Positions 37,749 to 50,895 of a stretch of 64,000 nt of DNA are shown here, piece after piece. A model generated the notes under the pieces. That model was not told the origin of the DNA and ran no database searches. It worked only from the letters and a program-made list of their open reading frames with translations. The position numbers and the translations under genes are program-made. Origin of the DNA: Octopus sinensis (Eukaryota). Each line of letters begins with the position of its first letter. Positions within the stretch are counted from its first letter, which is position 1. The stretch covers positions 31,124,001-31,188,000 of the forward strand of contig NC_043017.1 in NCBI RefSeq assembly GCF_006345805.1, in the 5' to 3' direction.

Positions 37749-37799
37749 GTCTCCGATGAAGGGATATAATAAATATCCTGGAAAGATCTGCTGTAAGAC
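37749..37799 (+). ncRNA. Degenerate type I hammerhead-like motif, CCGATGA core variant
   Basis: GTCT-CCGATGA-AGGGATAT(AATAA)ATATCCTG-GAAA-GATCTGCT-GTA-AGAC. Stems I and II pair, but stem III is disrupted. Confidence 0.45.
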
Positions 37800-37854
37800 C
37801 TTCTATTTATAAATGTTCTAAATCTTCTCAGCCTTGGTTTTTTTATCGCCAACA

Positions 37855-38348
37855 ACTCTGTGCTTGAAAGATCAGGTCTCCTTAGCATCGAAGCCTTGAT
37901 CATTGAACATCGTCTCCGATGGCCATGGCACGTGTGTGCGGTGAATGAACATCGCCTTCCCAAGATCTGTATCTGCAGTGAACTGTCTGAAGGAAAAAGG
38001 CCTCGTGGAGCCACCTTGGGCCAGTACAAGTACCAACTCAATTCAAACATGAAAAGCACCCATATCTACCCCGCACGCTGGGAAGATATCTTGGCAAACA
38101 GACCACTCTGGAGAGACACCATCAAAACGGGTCCTGTGGACTTCGAGAAAGCCTGAGTCGCAAGAGCTGAACTCAAGAGACGGGAGAGAAAGCAGCGCCT
38201 TCTCCTTCCCAAACAAGCCCCTTCTATCCCTTGTCCCCAATGTCCCCGTATGTTTCATTCAACCCTTGCATTGCGGAACCATCTGCGGTTCAAACACCCA
38301 GGAAAATGAAATAGATTGCCTGCTCGGAAACACGAGACGCAGCCAACA
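37855..38348 (+). mobile_element. RTE LINE 3' fragment with a C-terminal C2H2 finger
   Basis: SIEALIIEHRLRWPWHVCAVNEHRLPKI..SELSEGKRPRG...WRDTIKTG, then IPCPQCPRMFHSTLALRNHLRFKH. Confidence 0.8.
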
Positions 38349-38642
38349 ATATAAAATTACGATTCAGTTGAATTAGGTACTTAAGTTGAAGTACCAAGTC
38401 AGTCCGCTTTTATCCGCACAGCTCGAATAAAATCAAAATAAAAAAGAGGATATTAAGTTGTTATGAAGCACGACCGTTTCAAGCGACTCCATTTAATTGA
38501 ACATTGCATCAATTTAAATGCAGTGCTATCTTCAGCTGTACAAATAAATAAATGGAATTTTAGCAAGTAGGACACATTAATAATATTTTTCCTAATTATT
38601 TTAACAGAGTAAGAAGATGGAAGAAATTCATGCTGTCGCTAT

Positions 38643-38696
38643 TGTAACTAAGGATAGACTACAACAGAGAAGCTGTAGTCTATTCTTAGCTACATT
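38643..38696. ncRNA. Candidate pre-miRNA-like hairpin
   Basis: Arms TGTAACTAAGGATAGACTACA and TGTAGTCTATTCTTAGCTACA form a 21-bp stem (19 WC, 1 G.U, 1 A/C mismatch on the plus strand) with a 10-nt loop. Confidence 0.35.
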
Positions 38697-39076
38697 CTGC
38701 TATATATGCAAGCATATAAAATAATACAATTTCTCTCTAATGACTGTACATCTTCCTAGTTTGCACCTGCGCCCCACTAATTTGCACAGAATTTATAGAA
38801 TCAGCTGAGAAAATAATGATCATAATAATCAAACGGTCACGAAAGTTAGGTTAAAAGTAAATACGTTATTTAAAGAGCCATATTCTTTCATTGATATCAC
38901 GCATTTAGCTGGGATATAAATAATAGTTTTGAAATCTTGTCAGGAGCATATGACACCAATTTGCAAATTTCTGTAACTTAAGCGCAGGATTGGCTCTGTC
39001 GTAAGATATTGCTTCCCAATTACATGGTTTTATGTTTAGTCCCACCACCTTGCACCTTGTACCTATCTATCTATCC

Positions 39077-39147
<71 letters not shown>

Positions 39148-39829
39148 GATTTACCTATTTATCTATCTATCTGTCTGTCTGTCCATATATATTATATATA
39201 TATATATTTACAAATAGAATAGTTATTAATCATATAAGAAGGCAGGCAAAATGTCCTAATGAGATTTCAACTGTCAACCAAGAACGAATTTTGATAATGC
39301 TTCTAAGTGGAACTTGTTTGTATAAGAATACTCACAATATTAGTGCACACCTAATAAATTATTAGTACTAAAAATAATTATTACAATTTCTTAACCAAGT
39401 CTAAAACTAAAATATATTGATGTTTATAGAATCAATAAGGGATAAATTTCGGTGTTTAGAAATCCTAACTTTCTATTAGTATTTTGTAAGTGTTTATATT
39501 ACTTTATGGTTTCATAGGTTCTGTATCAGCAAAGAGATTATTTCAGAATGTTTATTCTATAGTCTTTGTCTGGAGATTAAAATCTCATATAACTCAGCAA
39601 TGCAAACTTAGATATTTTTATTGTTGTTTTGGTGAAGTTGCCCTATGAGACAAATCGCCAATAGATATGGTCGCTTTGAAGCCGTTAATTTTGATACAAA
39701 TTTAGATAATGATGTCATGTCTGTTTTGTTTTTTTAATTTTGGCTGTCCCAGTGAATCTATCAACTTGTTATAACAAATTTTGAATAGGTTTTCATTTCA
39801 GTTAATCAGATATGTGTAAAGGAAAATGT

Positions 39830-40213
39830 GAAGCACACTCCGTCGGTTACGACAACGAGGGTTCCGGTTGATTCGATCAACGGAACAGCCTGCTCGTGAA
39901 ATTAACGTGTAAGTGGCTGAGCACTCCACAGACACGTGTACCCTTAACGTAGTTCTCGGGGATATTCGGCGTGACACAGTGAGTGACAAGGCCGGCCCTT
40001 TGAAATACAGGTACAACAGAAACGGGAAGTAAGAGTGAGAGAAAGTTGTGGTGAAAGAGTACAGTAGGGATCACCACCATCCCCTGCCGGAGCGTCGTGG
40101 AGCTTTAGGTATTTCTGCTCAATAAACACTCACAACGCCCGGTCTGGGAATCGAAACCGCGATCCTATGACCGTGAGTCCGCTGCCCTAACCACTGGGCC
40201 ATTGCGCCTCCAC
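39830..40213 (-). mobile_element. tRNA-derived SINE, family C
   Basis: Near-identical to 15871-16250. Confidence 0.85.
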
Positions 40214-40967
40214 AAAGGAAAATGTAAGACGTTGGCGAACGAGGGTTAGACGTAAAATAAAGTGTAACTGAAAGTAGGGAGTTGAAGTGAAAGATTAATA
40301 AGATTAATGTGAAAGAAGGAATTTAAATTATTTCTACGGTAAAACATTTCCCTGGGTGAGTGCATGCCTTGTTTATTATTGCAATTTCAATTATTCTATT
40401 ATCACCAAGTTATATTCGATTCAGTTTTTCTAGGCTGAAATTGTTTATCATTTATCAGAAGTTCTGTCTGCTAGAAATTGGTTAATTCTATGTTTATTTC
40501 ATAGAGTATTTCGTAATATATCTTATTAGGGGAAAAATAATTTTATAAGTTATAATAAAGTTGAAAAAATAGTCTTCATATAAAAACGTTAAATCTGTTG
40601 ACTGTATTGTAGATTCTACCATATTTGGTTCCTTTTATATTTGTAGTTTTTCTTCTTCTGAGATTTAGTGTTTTATGTTTCGCGATTTGCTTCGTTGTTG
40701 TAGCTGGTTTATTATGTGACCAGTTTTAAAGCTTCATTGTAAAGAATTGCATATTCTTCGCAGATAATTTGTCTAAAATTATGAAGAAACTTTTAGAGAT
40801 TAGCCGTGATTTTCGTTGAGGTGGGGGGATATTTAAATAATTTATGAATATGTTACATTTTAATGTTGTTTTTCTGTGAGTGTTGCGTTTCAATGTGACA
40901 ACAAAGAAATTACTTTTTTTCAGTAGCATTCAACAGTGATATTAAGACATAAATATTTAAATAAGTT

Positions 40968-41508
40968 CAGAAAAGCATTTTTCGGAATTCGTCTAATTTG
41001 TATATTAACATTTAAAAAAATTATAATGTGTCTGTTGTCTATATAAAATACTCTAGAAATATTTGAGGTGTTTTGCCTTTAAAATTTTAGACTCACCTGT
41101 CCGCTATTCTCAGCAGAGAAGGTTTCTATACTAACATTAGCAAACACCTTTTTCCATAGAATGTGTTAAAAAAATAAAGGAGATTCTTGATTTTTGCGAG
41201 TTTATATCGTTTTAGTACACCCGATTTCCTTCAGTTCAGAAAAGCAGAAAAGCATTTTTCGGAATTCGTCTAATTTGTATATTAACATTTAAAAAAAATA
41301 TAATGTATCTACTCGTCTATATAAAATACTCCAGAAATATTTGAGGTGTTTGCTTTAAACATTTTAAACTTACCTGTCCGCTATTCTGAGCAGAGAACGC
41401 TTCCATACTAACATTAGTAAATACCTTTTTCCATAGTGTGTTAAAAAAACAAAAGAGATTCTTGATATTTGCGAGTTCCTATCATTTTAATACAACCGAT
41501 TTCCTTCA
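40968..41508. repeat. Diverged tandem duplication, ~277-bp period
   Basis: CAGAAAAGCATTTTTCGGAATTCGTCTAATTTGTATATTAACATTTAAAAAAA occurs at 40968 and 41245, followed by alignable but diverged sequence to ...CCGATTTCCTTCA. Confidence 0.9.
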
Positions 41509-42135
41509 TCAGTATTATCTTATTATTATTATTATTTCCTTCATCAGTATTATAATACTGATAGACGAAATCAGAATTACTAAAACACATAGTCTTACCT
41601 GTAAAGTGTTTCCCAGGTGTGTTGTTTTTCCCTGTCATTAACTGTTAATCTTGCTAGGATGCTTATATAGACTAATTTTATGGCCTTTTTTTTTAAAGGT
41701 TCAATTCAGAGCTGCGGTCATGCTGATGCACCGCCGTTAATATATAAACGCTTTCGTTTTCTCTGTTTCTCTCTCATTGTTTTGGATTCTGTCACTTTCT
41801 AACTATCTCCATTCCTATGCGTAATTTTATTTATTTACGTTATATATATATATATATACATATACATATACATATACATGTATATATGGGGAGTTTAAAA
41901 GTCTTTCCGCAGTGAATTTTTTCCTCTAAGTTGTATTTCAAAACATATGTAGACGAATCAACTTATGTATCGAAAATGAATGACGACCCTTTCAACACCT
42001 CTCATAAATTTTTTTAAGTCTTGTAAAGTCTAATATGTTCTTTTGTAGTCTTATTCCATTTATTTTACTGTAAAATACTTATTGCGGAGAGACATTTTGA
42101 GCACCCCGTGTATATATATATATATATATATTGTT

Positions 42136-42413
42136 GCTTGTTCTTTCTCGAGCCATGCCTGGCTCATAAGGGCCGGTTTCCCGGTTTCTTGACGGGACGC
42201 CGGTCCATCGCAGGTGAGCTGCAAGATGCAGGAGGAAAGAGTGAGAGAAATTTGTGGCGAAGGAGTCAGCAGAGGTTTCGCCATTACTTTCTGCCGGAGC
42301 CGCATGGAGCTTAGGTATTTCGCTCATAAATACACACATTCCGATCAGAGATTCGAACCCATGATCCCTAGTTCGCGAGTCCACTGCTCTAACCACTAGG
42401 CCATGTGCCTCCA
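42136..42413 (-). mobile_element. tRNA-derived SINE, family C head with a different 3' tail
   Basis: The minus-strand head GGAGGCACATGGCCTAGTGGTTAGAGCAGTGGACTC and the central block match family C. The 3' part matches 61391-61480. Confidence 0.75.
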
Positions 42414-42505
42414 TATATATATATATATATATTATATACATATATATATATATACATATATATATTATATATATATATATATGTATGTATGTATATATAT
42501 ATATA

Positions 42506-42552
<47 letters not shown>

Positions 42553-42665
42553 TATATATATATTGGTAAACATGGTAAATAACAAAAGAAAGAAAGAGAC
42601 CTCAATATTATGTAAATAGAGGAAATTTATCTATAAGATAATATGTTACATTACTCAATAGTCAA

Positions 42666-42726
42666 GATAAAACTCTGAGTTTCAGATGCCGAAGTGGAAA
42701 TCCACAACACCATCTCTTCGGTTATC
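42666..42726 (-). ncRNA. Type I hammerhead-like motif, CCGAAGA core variant
   Basis: Minus strand reads GATAA-CCGAAGA-GATG...CATC-T-GAAA-CTCAGAG-TT-TTATC. Stem I is GATAA/TTATC, stem II is GATG/CATC, stem III is the near-palindrome ACTC-A-GAGT and the triplet is GUU. Confidence 0.55.
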
Positions 42727-43628
42727 TGGCTATCTGAAAAACGCTCTGAAAAAATACCGTTATATAAAGGGAAATTACTGTATTATAATTCTGCTCGCGA
42801 CCCACGTGCGTACTTATACGTCACTATGAAAACGTACACATATATATGTAAAACGCTTATGCACATATGCACTGGAATTGCTTCTTATATGTATTGATCA
42901 TGCATTTGCTAGTATATAATTCTCATATATAGACATACGAATACAAAGGAGGAGAGAGATATTTAAAATGACTCGTAAGGTACTAAAGTGATGTACCGTT
43001 TTAAATGCAAATGCCAAGCCGGCGACTAAAAGTAATGCGGAAATCAAGAATCACCACATCATTAAGCACGGAAGTCTACGGAGAAGAACAGACGAAAGGT
43101 ATTGATTTACAGATAGATACATACAAGCCTATGTATTTAAGTAAGCTTCTGCACTTAAACAAATATTACAAGGACACATAGATGTGTTTATATACATTAA
43201 GAAAGACAGATATGGGCACGGTTACACATTTACATAGAGACATACAGAGATGTGTAAATGAAAGGTATCATGTCAAACGATAGTGCGTATATATAAATGC
43301 ATTATAATATTCTGTTATACTATTGTAATGGTAAAGACAATGCAATCCAAGAGTTGTATATACATAAATCTCTATACATGTTTATATACACATAGCTTCG
43401 CAAACACATATATCCACAAGTAATCCGACTACTACTATTTCTATCTATCTCTATCTATATATCTATCTATATACACATGTATGTATATATGTAAGCATGT
43501 ATTTATGTATGCATGCATGTATGCATGAATACATACATACACACACACATATATATATATATGTATGTATATATATATATATACATATATGCATATATAT
43601 ATATATATTATATATATATATATATATA

Positions 43629-43700
<72 letters not shown>

Positions 43701-43703
<3 letters not shown>

Positions 43704-43931
43704 TTCTTTACTACCCACAAGCGGCTAAACACAGAGGGGACAAACAAGGACAGACAAAGGGATTAAGTCGATTCCATCGACCCCAGTGCGTAACTGGTGC
43801 TTAATTTATCGATCCCGAAAGGATGAAAGGCAAAATCAACCTCGGCGGAATTTGAACTCAGAACGTAACGACAGACGAAATACGACTACGCATTTCGCCC
43901 GGCGTGCTAACGTTTCTGCCAGCTCGCCGCC
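43701..43931 (-). mobile_element. tRNA-derived SINE, family A
   Basis: Reverse complement of the family A sequence. Confidence 0.85.
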
Positions 43932-44310
43932 TTTATATATATATATATTAGAGGGAAACCACTATGTGGACACCCTTATGCTAGAAAAAGATCCGCTATG
44001 GTCTTACCACTAAGAAATGTTCTCAAGAAAAATTTAGCAAAACAACCGAAACGTAATCGAGCAAGACAAACTTACGTTTTGGTTGCAGTGCTTAGTTTTT
44101 GTTTTATCTTATTTTGATTTGTTGTTGTTTAAAACTTTTAGATATCTAAGAGCAATTATATTTAAAAGTAAATGCTTATTCAAAAATTCCTGTCAGAGAG
44201 GGTGGGTTCACAAAATGAAATACATTAACACCTTGTAGTTGAAAAGTCATGAAGTCACTTCGCTCTGTGTGATATTGTTTTAAATACAATGTCCCATTTT
44301 AGTTTATAGT

Positions 44311-44526
44311 CTTTACTCTTTTACTTCTTTCAGTCATTTGACTGTGGCCATGCTTGAGCACCACCTTTAGTCGAGCAAATCGACCCCAGGACTTATTCTT
44401 TCTAAGCCTAGTGCTTATTCTATCGGTCTCTTTTATCGAACCGCTACTTTACGGGGAGACGTAAATACACCAGCATCGGTTGTCAAGCTATGTTGGGAGA
44501 CAAACGCAGAAACAAATACACACACA

Positions 44527-44564
<38 letters not shown>

Positions 44565-44728
44565 TACGACTGGCTTCTTTCAGTTTCCGCCTACCAAATC
44601 CACTCACAAGGCATTGGTTGGCCCGAGGATATAAAAGAAGACACTTGCCCAAGGTGTCACGCAGTGGGACTGAACCCGGAACCATGTGGTAGGTAAGCGA
44701 GCTACTTACCACAAAGCCATTCCTGCAC
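44311..44728 (-). mobile_element. CORE-type SINE, family B
   Basis: Full-length family B copy. Confidence 0.85.
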
Positions 44729-45442
44729 CTACTATTTATATTTATATTTTTTTTTTGTTTTCTATGTTAGATCTTAAATACGAGATATATGTCGAAAATA
44801 AAATTGAGCTACATACTGCGCAAATTTTCGAAACAATTATTGTACGGGGTGAAAATAAATAAAATTATTAGAGATCAGACCAATAAAAGAGACAGGGCAA
44901 GATTTTAAACTCGATGCTGTTGTCGAATATCTTTCGGTACAGAATTAATTAAGAAATGAAAGGAGTTAGAGCTATTCTATTTTCGACCATGGAAGCGTTA
45001 TTTAGTGGTTGACAAGTTAGGATATATTTGACGAGAAATTGAGTAAAGTACAAGTTGAACGTGCAGCTATAATTGTAACATAATTAAATATTTTCTTGTA
45101 TTTAAGATGGAATTTAAAGGAACATTTTATAACGATGCGACTGATTAAAACTAGATTAAAGGCAGGATTATACCAATTACTGTTCATTTTCTGTTGCTAT
45201 CTGACTGTGTACACGACGTGGCTTCAATTTGCTTAACTTTATCTGTGACAGTTAATGCAACCAACCTCATTATTGTAAGTTTCATTGAAACTTTTTTATA
45301 ATCAGTCTATATAATACACATAAAAATAACATATATAGACATATAAATGTATGTATATTTATATATACATATATATGTATATTAAATGTATATATATATA
45401 TAATATATATATGGATATGCATATATATATATATATATATAT

Positions 45443-45481
<39 letters not shown>

Positions 45482-45522
45482 ATACACATATATATATATA
45501 TATATATATAATTATATATATA

Positions 45523-45561
<39 letters not shown>

Positions 45562-45696
45562 TATATACATATAATGTATGTATATATATTACGTTTATAT
45601 ATTTGTTGTGCAAGATTTTCTATGTGAAGTCGTGTGTTGAAACAGACGTTGTTGTATTTCGGAATGAAAATGACCATTCCGAAATACAACAATATG

Positions 45697-45729
<33 letters not shown>

Positions 45730-45787
45730 AAAAATATAGATATATATATATATATATATACATATACACTCACTTTTATATACCTAT

Positions 45788-45826
<39 letters not shown>

Positions 45827-45912
45827 ATTAAATCTCAGAGCGAGATATAATCAGTAGGTGTATGGAATCTTAACGTATATTTGCCAACTAAATATGGAGT
45901 TCTATACAGCCC

Positions 45913-46532
45913 AGTGCTAATGTTGTTTATAGTTCCAGGAAAACATCTCCTCCAGCTGGCTAACGACACACAGTCTGTGTCTGTCAGTATATACGAGGGT
46001 AGGTCATCGCTCTCATCTCTAGCCTTACGTGAAACACATGGACTCGAGTTTCTGGGTGGTTACCCATCCTCAGCATATGTTAATCACTAGCGAGTAACTG
46101 AAGCTAATTCCATTCACAAAATACAATACATTTTTCTAGCGACTTACTGTCATTCATCTCGTAAAAGAGAGTAGCGCTGTCCTGTATAGGGCGCCACACT
46201 TTGTTGGCAAATGTATGTTACAATTCCGCACCGCTAGTGTTTATATTATGCTCAGAGATTTAATATAGATTTAATTAGATTTTTACTAGATCAGCGACAG
46301 TGAGTCGCTAGAAAAATGTATTGTATTTTGTGAATAGAATGAGCTCCATCACTAGCTAGGGATTAACATACGCTGAGGACGGGTAACCAACTGGAAATTC
46401 GAGTCCGTGTGTGTCCCGAACGTCTAGAGATGGGAGCGGTGACCTCCCCTCGCAAATACTAACCGGACACAGACTGTGTCGTTAGCCAGCCGGGGGAGAT
46501 GTTTTCCTGGGTCTATAAACAACAGTAGCACT
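45913..46532. mobile_element. Foldback or MITE element with ~245-bp imperfect arms
   Basis: Left arm AGTGCTAATGTTGTTTATAGTTCCAGGAAAACATCTCC...CTAGCGACTTACTGTC pairs with right arm GACAGTGAGTCGCTAG...GGAGATGTTTTCCTGGGTCTATAAACAACAGTAGCACT. A decayed relative lies at ~22875-23275. Confidence 0.8.
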
Positions 46533-46605
46533 CTCACTATATTTAACGTGAGATGGTTTCCCTTATGCAGTGCAGATGGACCCTATATACGGTTAATCCC
46601 ATTAA

Positions 46606-47076
46606 GTCGGCGAGCTGGCAGAACCGTTAGCACGCCGGGCGAAATGCGCAGCCGTATTTCATCTGCCGTTACGTTCTAGGTTCAAATTCCGCCGAGGTCG
46701 ACTTTGCCTTTCATCCTTTCGGGATCGATAGATAAAGTACCAGTTTCGCACTGGTGTCAATGTAATCGACTTAATTCCTTTGTCTGTCCTTGTTTGTCCC
46801 CTCTATGTTTAGCCCCTTGTGGGTAATAATGAAACAATTATGTAGGGCGGCGAGCTGGCAGAAACGTTTGCACGCCGGGCGAAATGCGTAGCCGTATTTC
46901 GTCTGCCGCTACGTTCTGGGTTCAAATTGCGCCGAGGTCGACTTTGCCTTTCATTCTTTCGGGGTCGATAAATTAAGTACCAATTACGCACCGGGGTCGA
47001 TGTAATCGACTTAATCCGTTTGTCTGCCCTTGTTTGTCGCTTCTATTTTTAGCCCCTTATGGGCAGTAAAGAAATA
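46606..47076 (+). mobile_element. Two family A SINEs in direct tandem (46606-46835 and 46846-47076)
   Basis: Two complete, mutually diverged copies separated by about 10 nt. Confidence 0.85.
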
Positions 47077-47605
47077 TATATACGGTTTATCCACTTGCTA
47101 CAGAAAATAATATCAGTCTACCTCTCACCAATGGAAAAAATGAATTCAAAAAATAGATTGGATGATCATGGATCTATCGACTTTCACGACAGGACTGCTT
47201 CTTCAGTGGCAAATATAATTATTCAATTACTTCTGTATGAGAAAGAAAAATGGAAAAAGAGGTGTCGAAAGAAATTAGTATTGAATTGTGACAGCAAGAA
47301 TGATTGATTAATGTCAGGAAAATAGCAGAAACGTAGAATGATGGTTGGAGACAAATGTATTGACTTTTTTTTTACCAGCAAATTATTTCGTCAGACACAA
47401 AATATTTAATGATTAGCAATGATCATATATATGAGTGCGTCTGGATATGTGTATATACATATAAATATATGTTTATGCTTACTGATATGTATGTGCGAGT
47501 GTATGTGTGTGTAGAGAGAGAAAGAGATACATACATTCTTTCATACGTACACATTTGCACACAGACACAGACATATATATATATATATATATGTATATTA
47601 TTCTA

Positions 47606-47687
47606 TTCATTTTACTTGTTTCAGTCATTCCACTGCGGCCATGCTGAAGCACTGCCTTGAAGGATTTTACTCGACCCCCAGTTGTTA

Positions 47688-47740
<53 letters not shown>

Positions 47741-48247
47741 GTTGTTGTTGTTGTTATTACTTATTCTATCAGTGTCTTTTGCCGAAACGCTACGTTACCG
47801 GGAGGTAAAAACATAATTATATATATATATATATTACGGAGATGTACTTGCATAGCAAGTGTTTTGATCTGAGATCGAAACCAATGACAGCGTGGAAGGT
47901 GTTTATAAGCCATTTAAGAAACACAAAAAAGCCGTTCGATTCAATTCAACATTTAAGTTTAATTTGTCAAAATAGTTTCGTCGCTATAAGACCGCGACCT
48001 GTTCACTGACAAAAATCCGTGCTGCATCTCTGTTATATATGTCTCGTCTTATATATATATATATATAATTATATATATATAATGCAAAGGGCTCACTTCA
48101 GCCTCCGTCAACCAGGTCCATCCACAAGGATATTGTTGGCCTGAGGCTATAATAGAAGTAACTTGCCTAAGTTACCATGCAGTGAGACTGAACCCGGAAC
48201 CATGTGGTTGGAAAGCATGCTTCTTACCACATGGCCACACCTGCGCT
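47606..48247 (-). mobile_element. Family B SINE split into two pieces (47606-47800 and 48088-48247)
   Basis: The tail part and the head/CORE part are separated by (TA)n and by a different repeat (47870-48030) that also occurs inverted at 50730-50860. Confidence 0.65.
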
Positions 48248-49389
48248 TCTCATTCGAAATACACATGTTGATATATTCTTGTTGCTTGTATTTGTAATTA
48301 TGTACCTTGTTCTCCATTTTCTGTCTTTTTTTGTCGAACACATTCGCTCGCTTTCTAACAAAGGGGTCTAATGCTCTTAGATTAGACATTTTGGAGGCAA
48401 CTAGATCGAACAGCCTCAAATGTAACTGCCCGAAACTGTAAGGACATCTGATAACTTGACTGACGAAAGAAGGCCAAGAATAACTCGTCCTTTTTATCCT
48501 CTCCCTCTAATTGTTGTTTTTCTTGTCCTCCTTTATATCGTCTATCTGTCCGGTTGTTTAATTGTCCTCAATTGCCTTTTTATTCCATTGATATATACAT
48601 ACATATATATATATATAAGCAAAATAAGCAACAAGGATATCCAAGTGTAGTACAATCGTTTCTTGCTACTTCATTTTATTAAACAATGTAAGTATTACAT
48701 CAGTTTTAAAATGTAAAGCAATCTTCAACCACATATAGAATTTTTTTAATTAAATGGACTATGTATAATTTTATACTTATTTCCTTTAATTAAAATAATT
48801 CGATATGTGGCTGAAGATTATGTTTGTGTTATCAGAATATTTATCTCTTCACAACATTTACACTTCTTATATTAATTGCAAAATGCTACAAGTAAGCAGA
48901 GTTATGCATCTTGTCCACTAAATGCAGAGTGAAAGATAGTCCGAGACACAAAGAGGGAGAGAAAATATGAAAGAGACAGAGAGATAGGGGCAGGGGACGA
49001 AATAAGAAGTCGGAGAGAACCAAGGAGAGAATAAATAATTTTTAATCTGTATCGTATCTCTTCCATTAGGAGTAAAAAGAAAAAAAAGAAGATAATTATA
49101 CAAAATAAAAAAAGGAAAAGAAAAGATGGCAAAACTAAAATAAAACAAGAGTTGCTACTGACTGAGTTTACAGATGTTCATCACAAACATTGTTTGTTAA
49201 TATACAATGCTGTATCGAGTAGCATTCATCAATTTATTTTGAAAGAATTCTTCCAAGTCTGCTAATGTTTACCAATCAATGAAATTTCAAAATCAATGCG
49301 AAAATTAATAGATTTCTTGAAACTTTACAGAGAAAAATATGAATATGCAAATCTTGTTGATTAGTAAATTCTTATTATTCCTAACTTGT

Positions 49390-49397
49390 TGTTGTTA

Positions 49398-49483
<86 letters not shown>

Positions 49484-49721
49484 CATTATCATCATCATCA
49501 TCATCATCATCATCTTCATCCCATCATTATTGTTATCAACATTATTTTTATTATGTTGTCGTTGTTGTTCTTGTTGTTATTATCATTAGTATTATTACTA
49601 TCATCATCATCATTATTTTTGTATTATTATCTATTTGGAAAGGAGATATCAATTTGAATTGAAATAACGTTCATAATAATAATGGTAACAACAGCGGCAA
49701 TAATAATAAAATAAGTATGAT

Positions 49722-49752
<31 letters not shown>

Positions 49753-49960
49753 ATGATGATGGTGATGATAATGATGACGATGATGATGATGATGACGATA
49801 ACGAAGATATTGATAACGATTACGGTGATGATGATGATGATGATGATGATTATGATGGTGATGATGATGACGATGATGATGATGATGATGGTGATGATAG
49901 TAACTATAACAGCAACAATAATAATGATGAGATAAGAATAATAACAACAACAGAAACAGC
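49390..49960. repeat. (TAT)n/(CAT)n and (GAT)n trinucleotide repeat cluster
   Basis: Direct reading of the sequence. It is the source of the poly-I, poly-L, poly-H and poly-M ORFs. Confidence 0.95.
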
Positions 49961-50238
49961 AACAACAACAATAATAATACTAATAAGGTGGGAAGGAATT
50001 TGTTAAACATGGAGTTGCTTTGTTGAAATATTGGATAACAAAAGGAAATACACGTAAGTATTGAAAACCTTCGGCATTTTCACATACATTCATACATTTA
50101 TATATATGTATCTGTTTCGTATATATATATATGTGTGTGTGTGTGTGGTGTGTGTGTGTGTATAAACACATATATGTATGTATATGTTATATATACATAT
50201 ATATATTATTATGTATATATATGTATGTATGTATATAT

Positions 50239-50306
<68 letters not shown>

Positions 50307-50436
50307 TAGAAACATCACCTTTTATCAATTCAAAATGAAAATTAAATTACACCATCTAGAAAATTACATATAATAGAAATATTAAATATAGGATAAAAAT
50401 ATACCGATGATTAAGTAGGTTCCCTCAACTTATCAT

Positions 50437-50481
<45 letters not shown>

Positions 50482-50895
50482 ATTTATATAGCATGCATGT
50501 ATATATAAATACTTGTAGTGATTGTAATAAAGCCTTTTCATTCCAGCTCCTATTAAAATTCTTTTGTATAAACTCTACGTATACTTGCTGATTTCCACAT
50601 TTATATCCAATCGAAAGAAAAGTCTTATTGTATAATAATATCTGGTAACCGATATGCGGAGAGGAGCTTTGGGAAGCACGCTATACCGTTTTAACGTTAT
50701 TACACAGATAATATTATACATGCAACAATGAATTTTGTCAGTGAACAGGCGGCAGTTTCAAAGCGACGCAAAAAATTATGACGAATTAAATTTAAAAGTT
50801 TAAGCGAATCTAAAGGTTTTGTGTGTTTTTAAATTGCTTATAGACACCTTTTCACGCTACAATTGTTGCGTATATATATATATATATATATATAC

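Noticed and set aside
47966-48010. Hammerhead-like layout on the minus strand (GTCA-GTGAACA-GGTCGC..GCGAC-GAAA..TGAC), related copy near 50740
   Set aside because: It has two substitutions in invariant core positions (C3 and G8), so it cannot be called functional.
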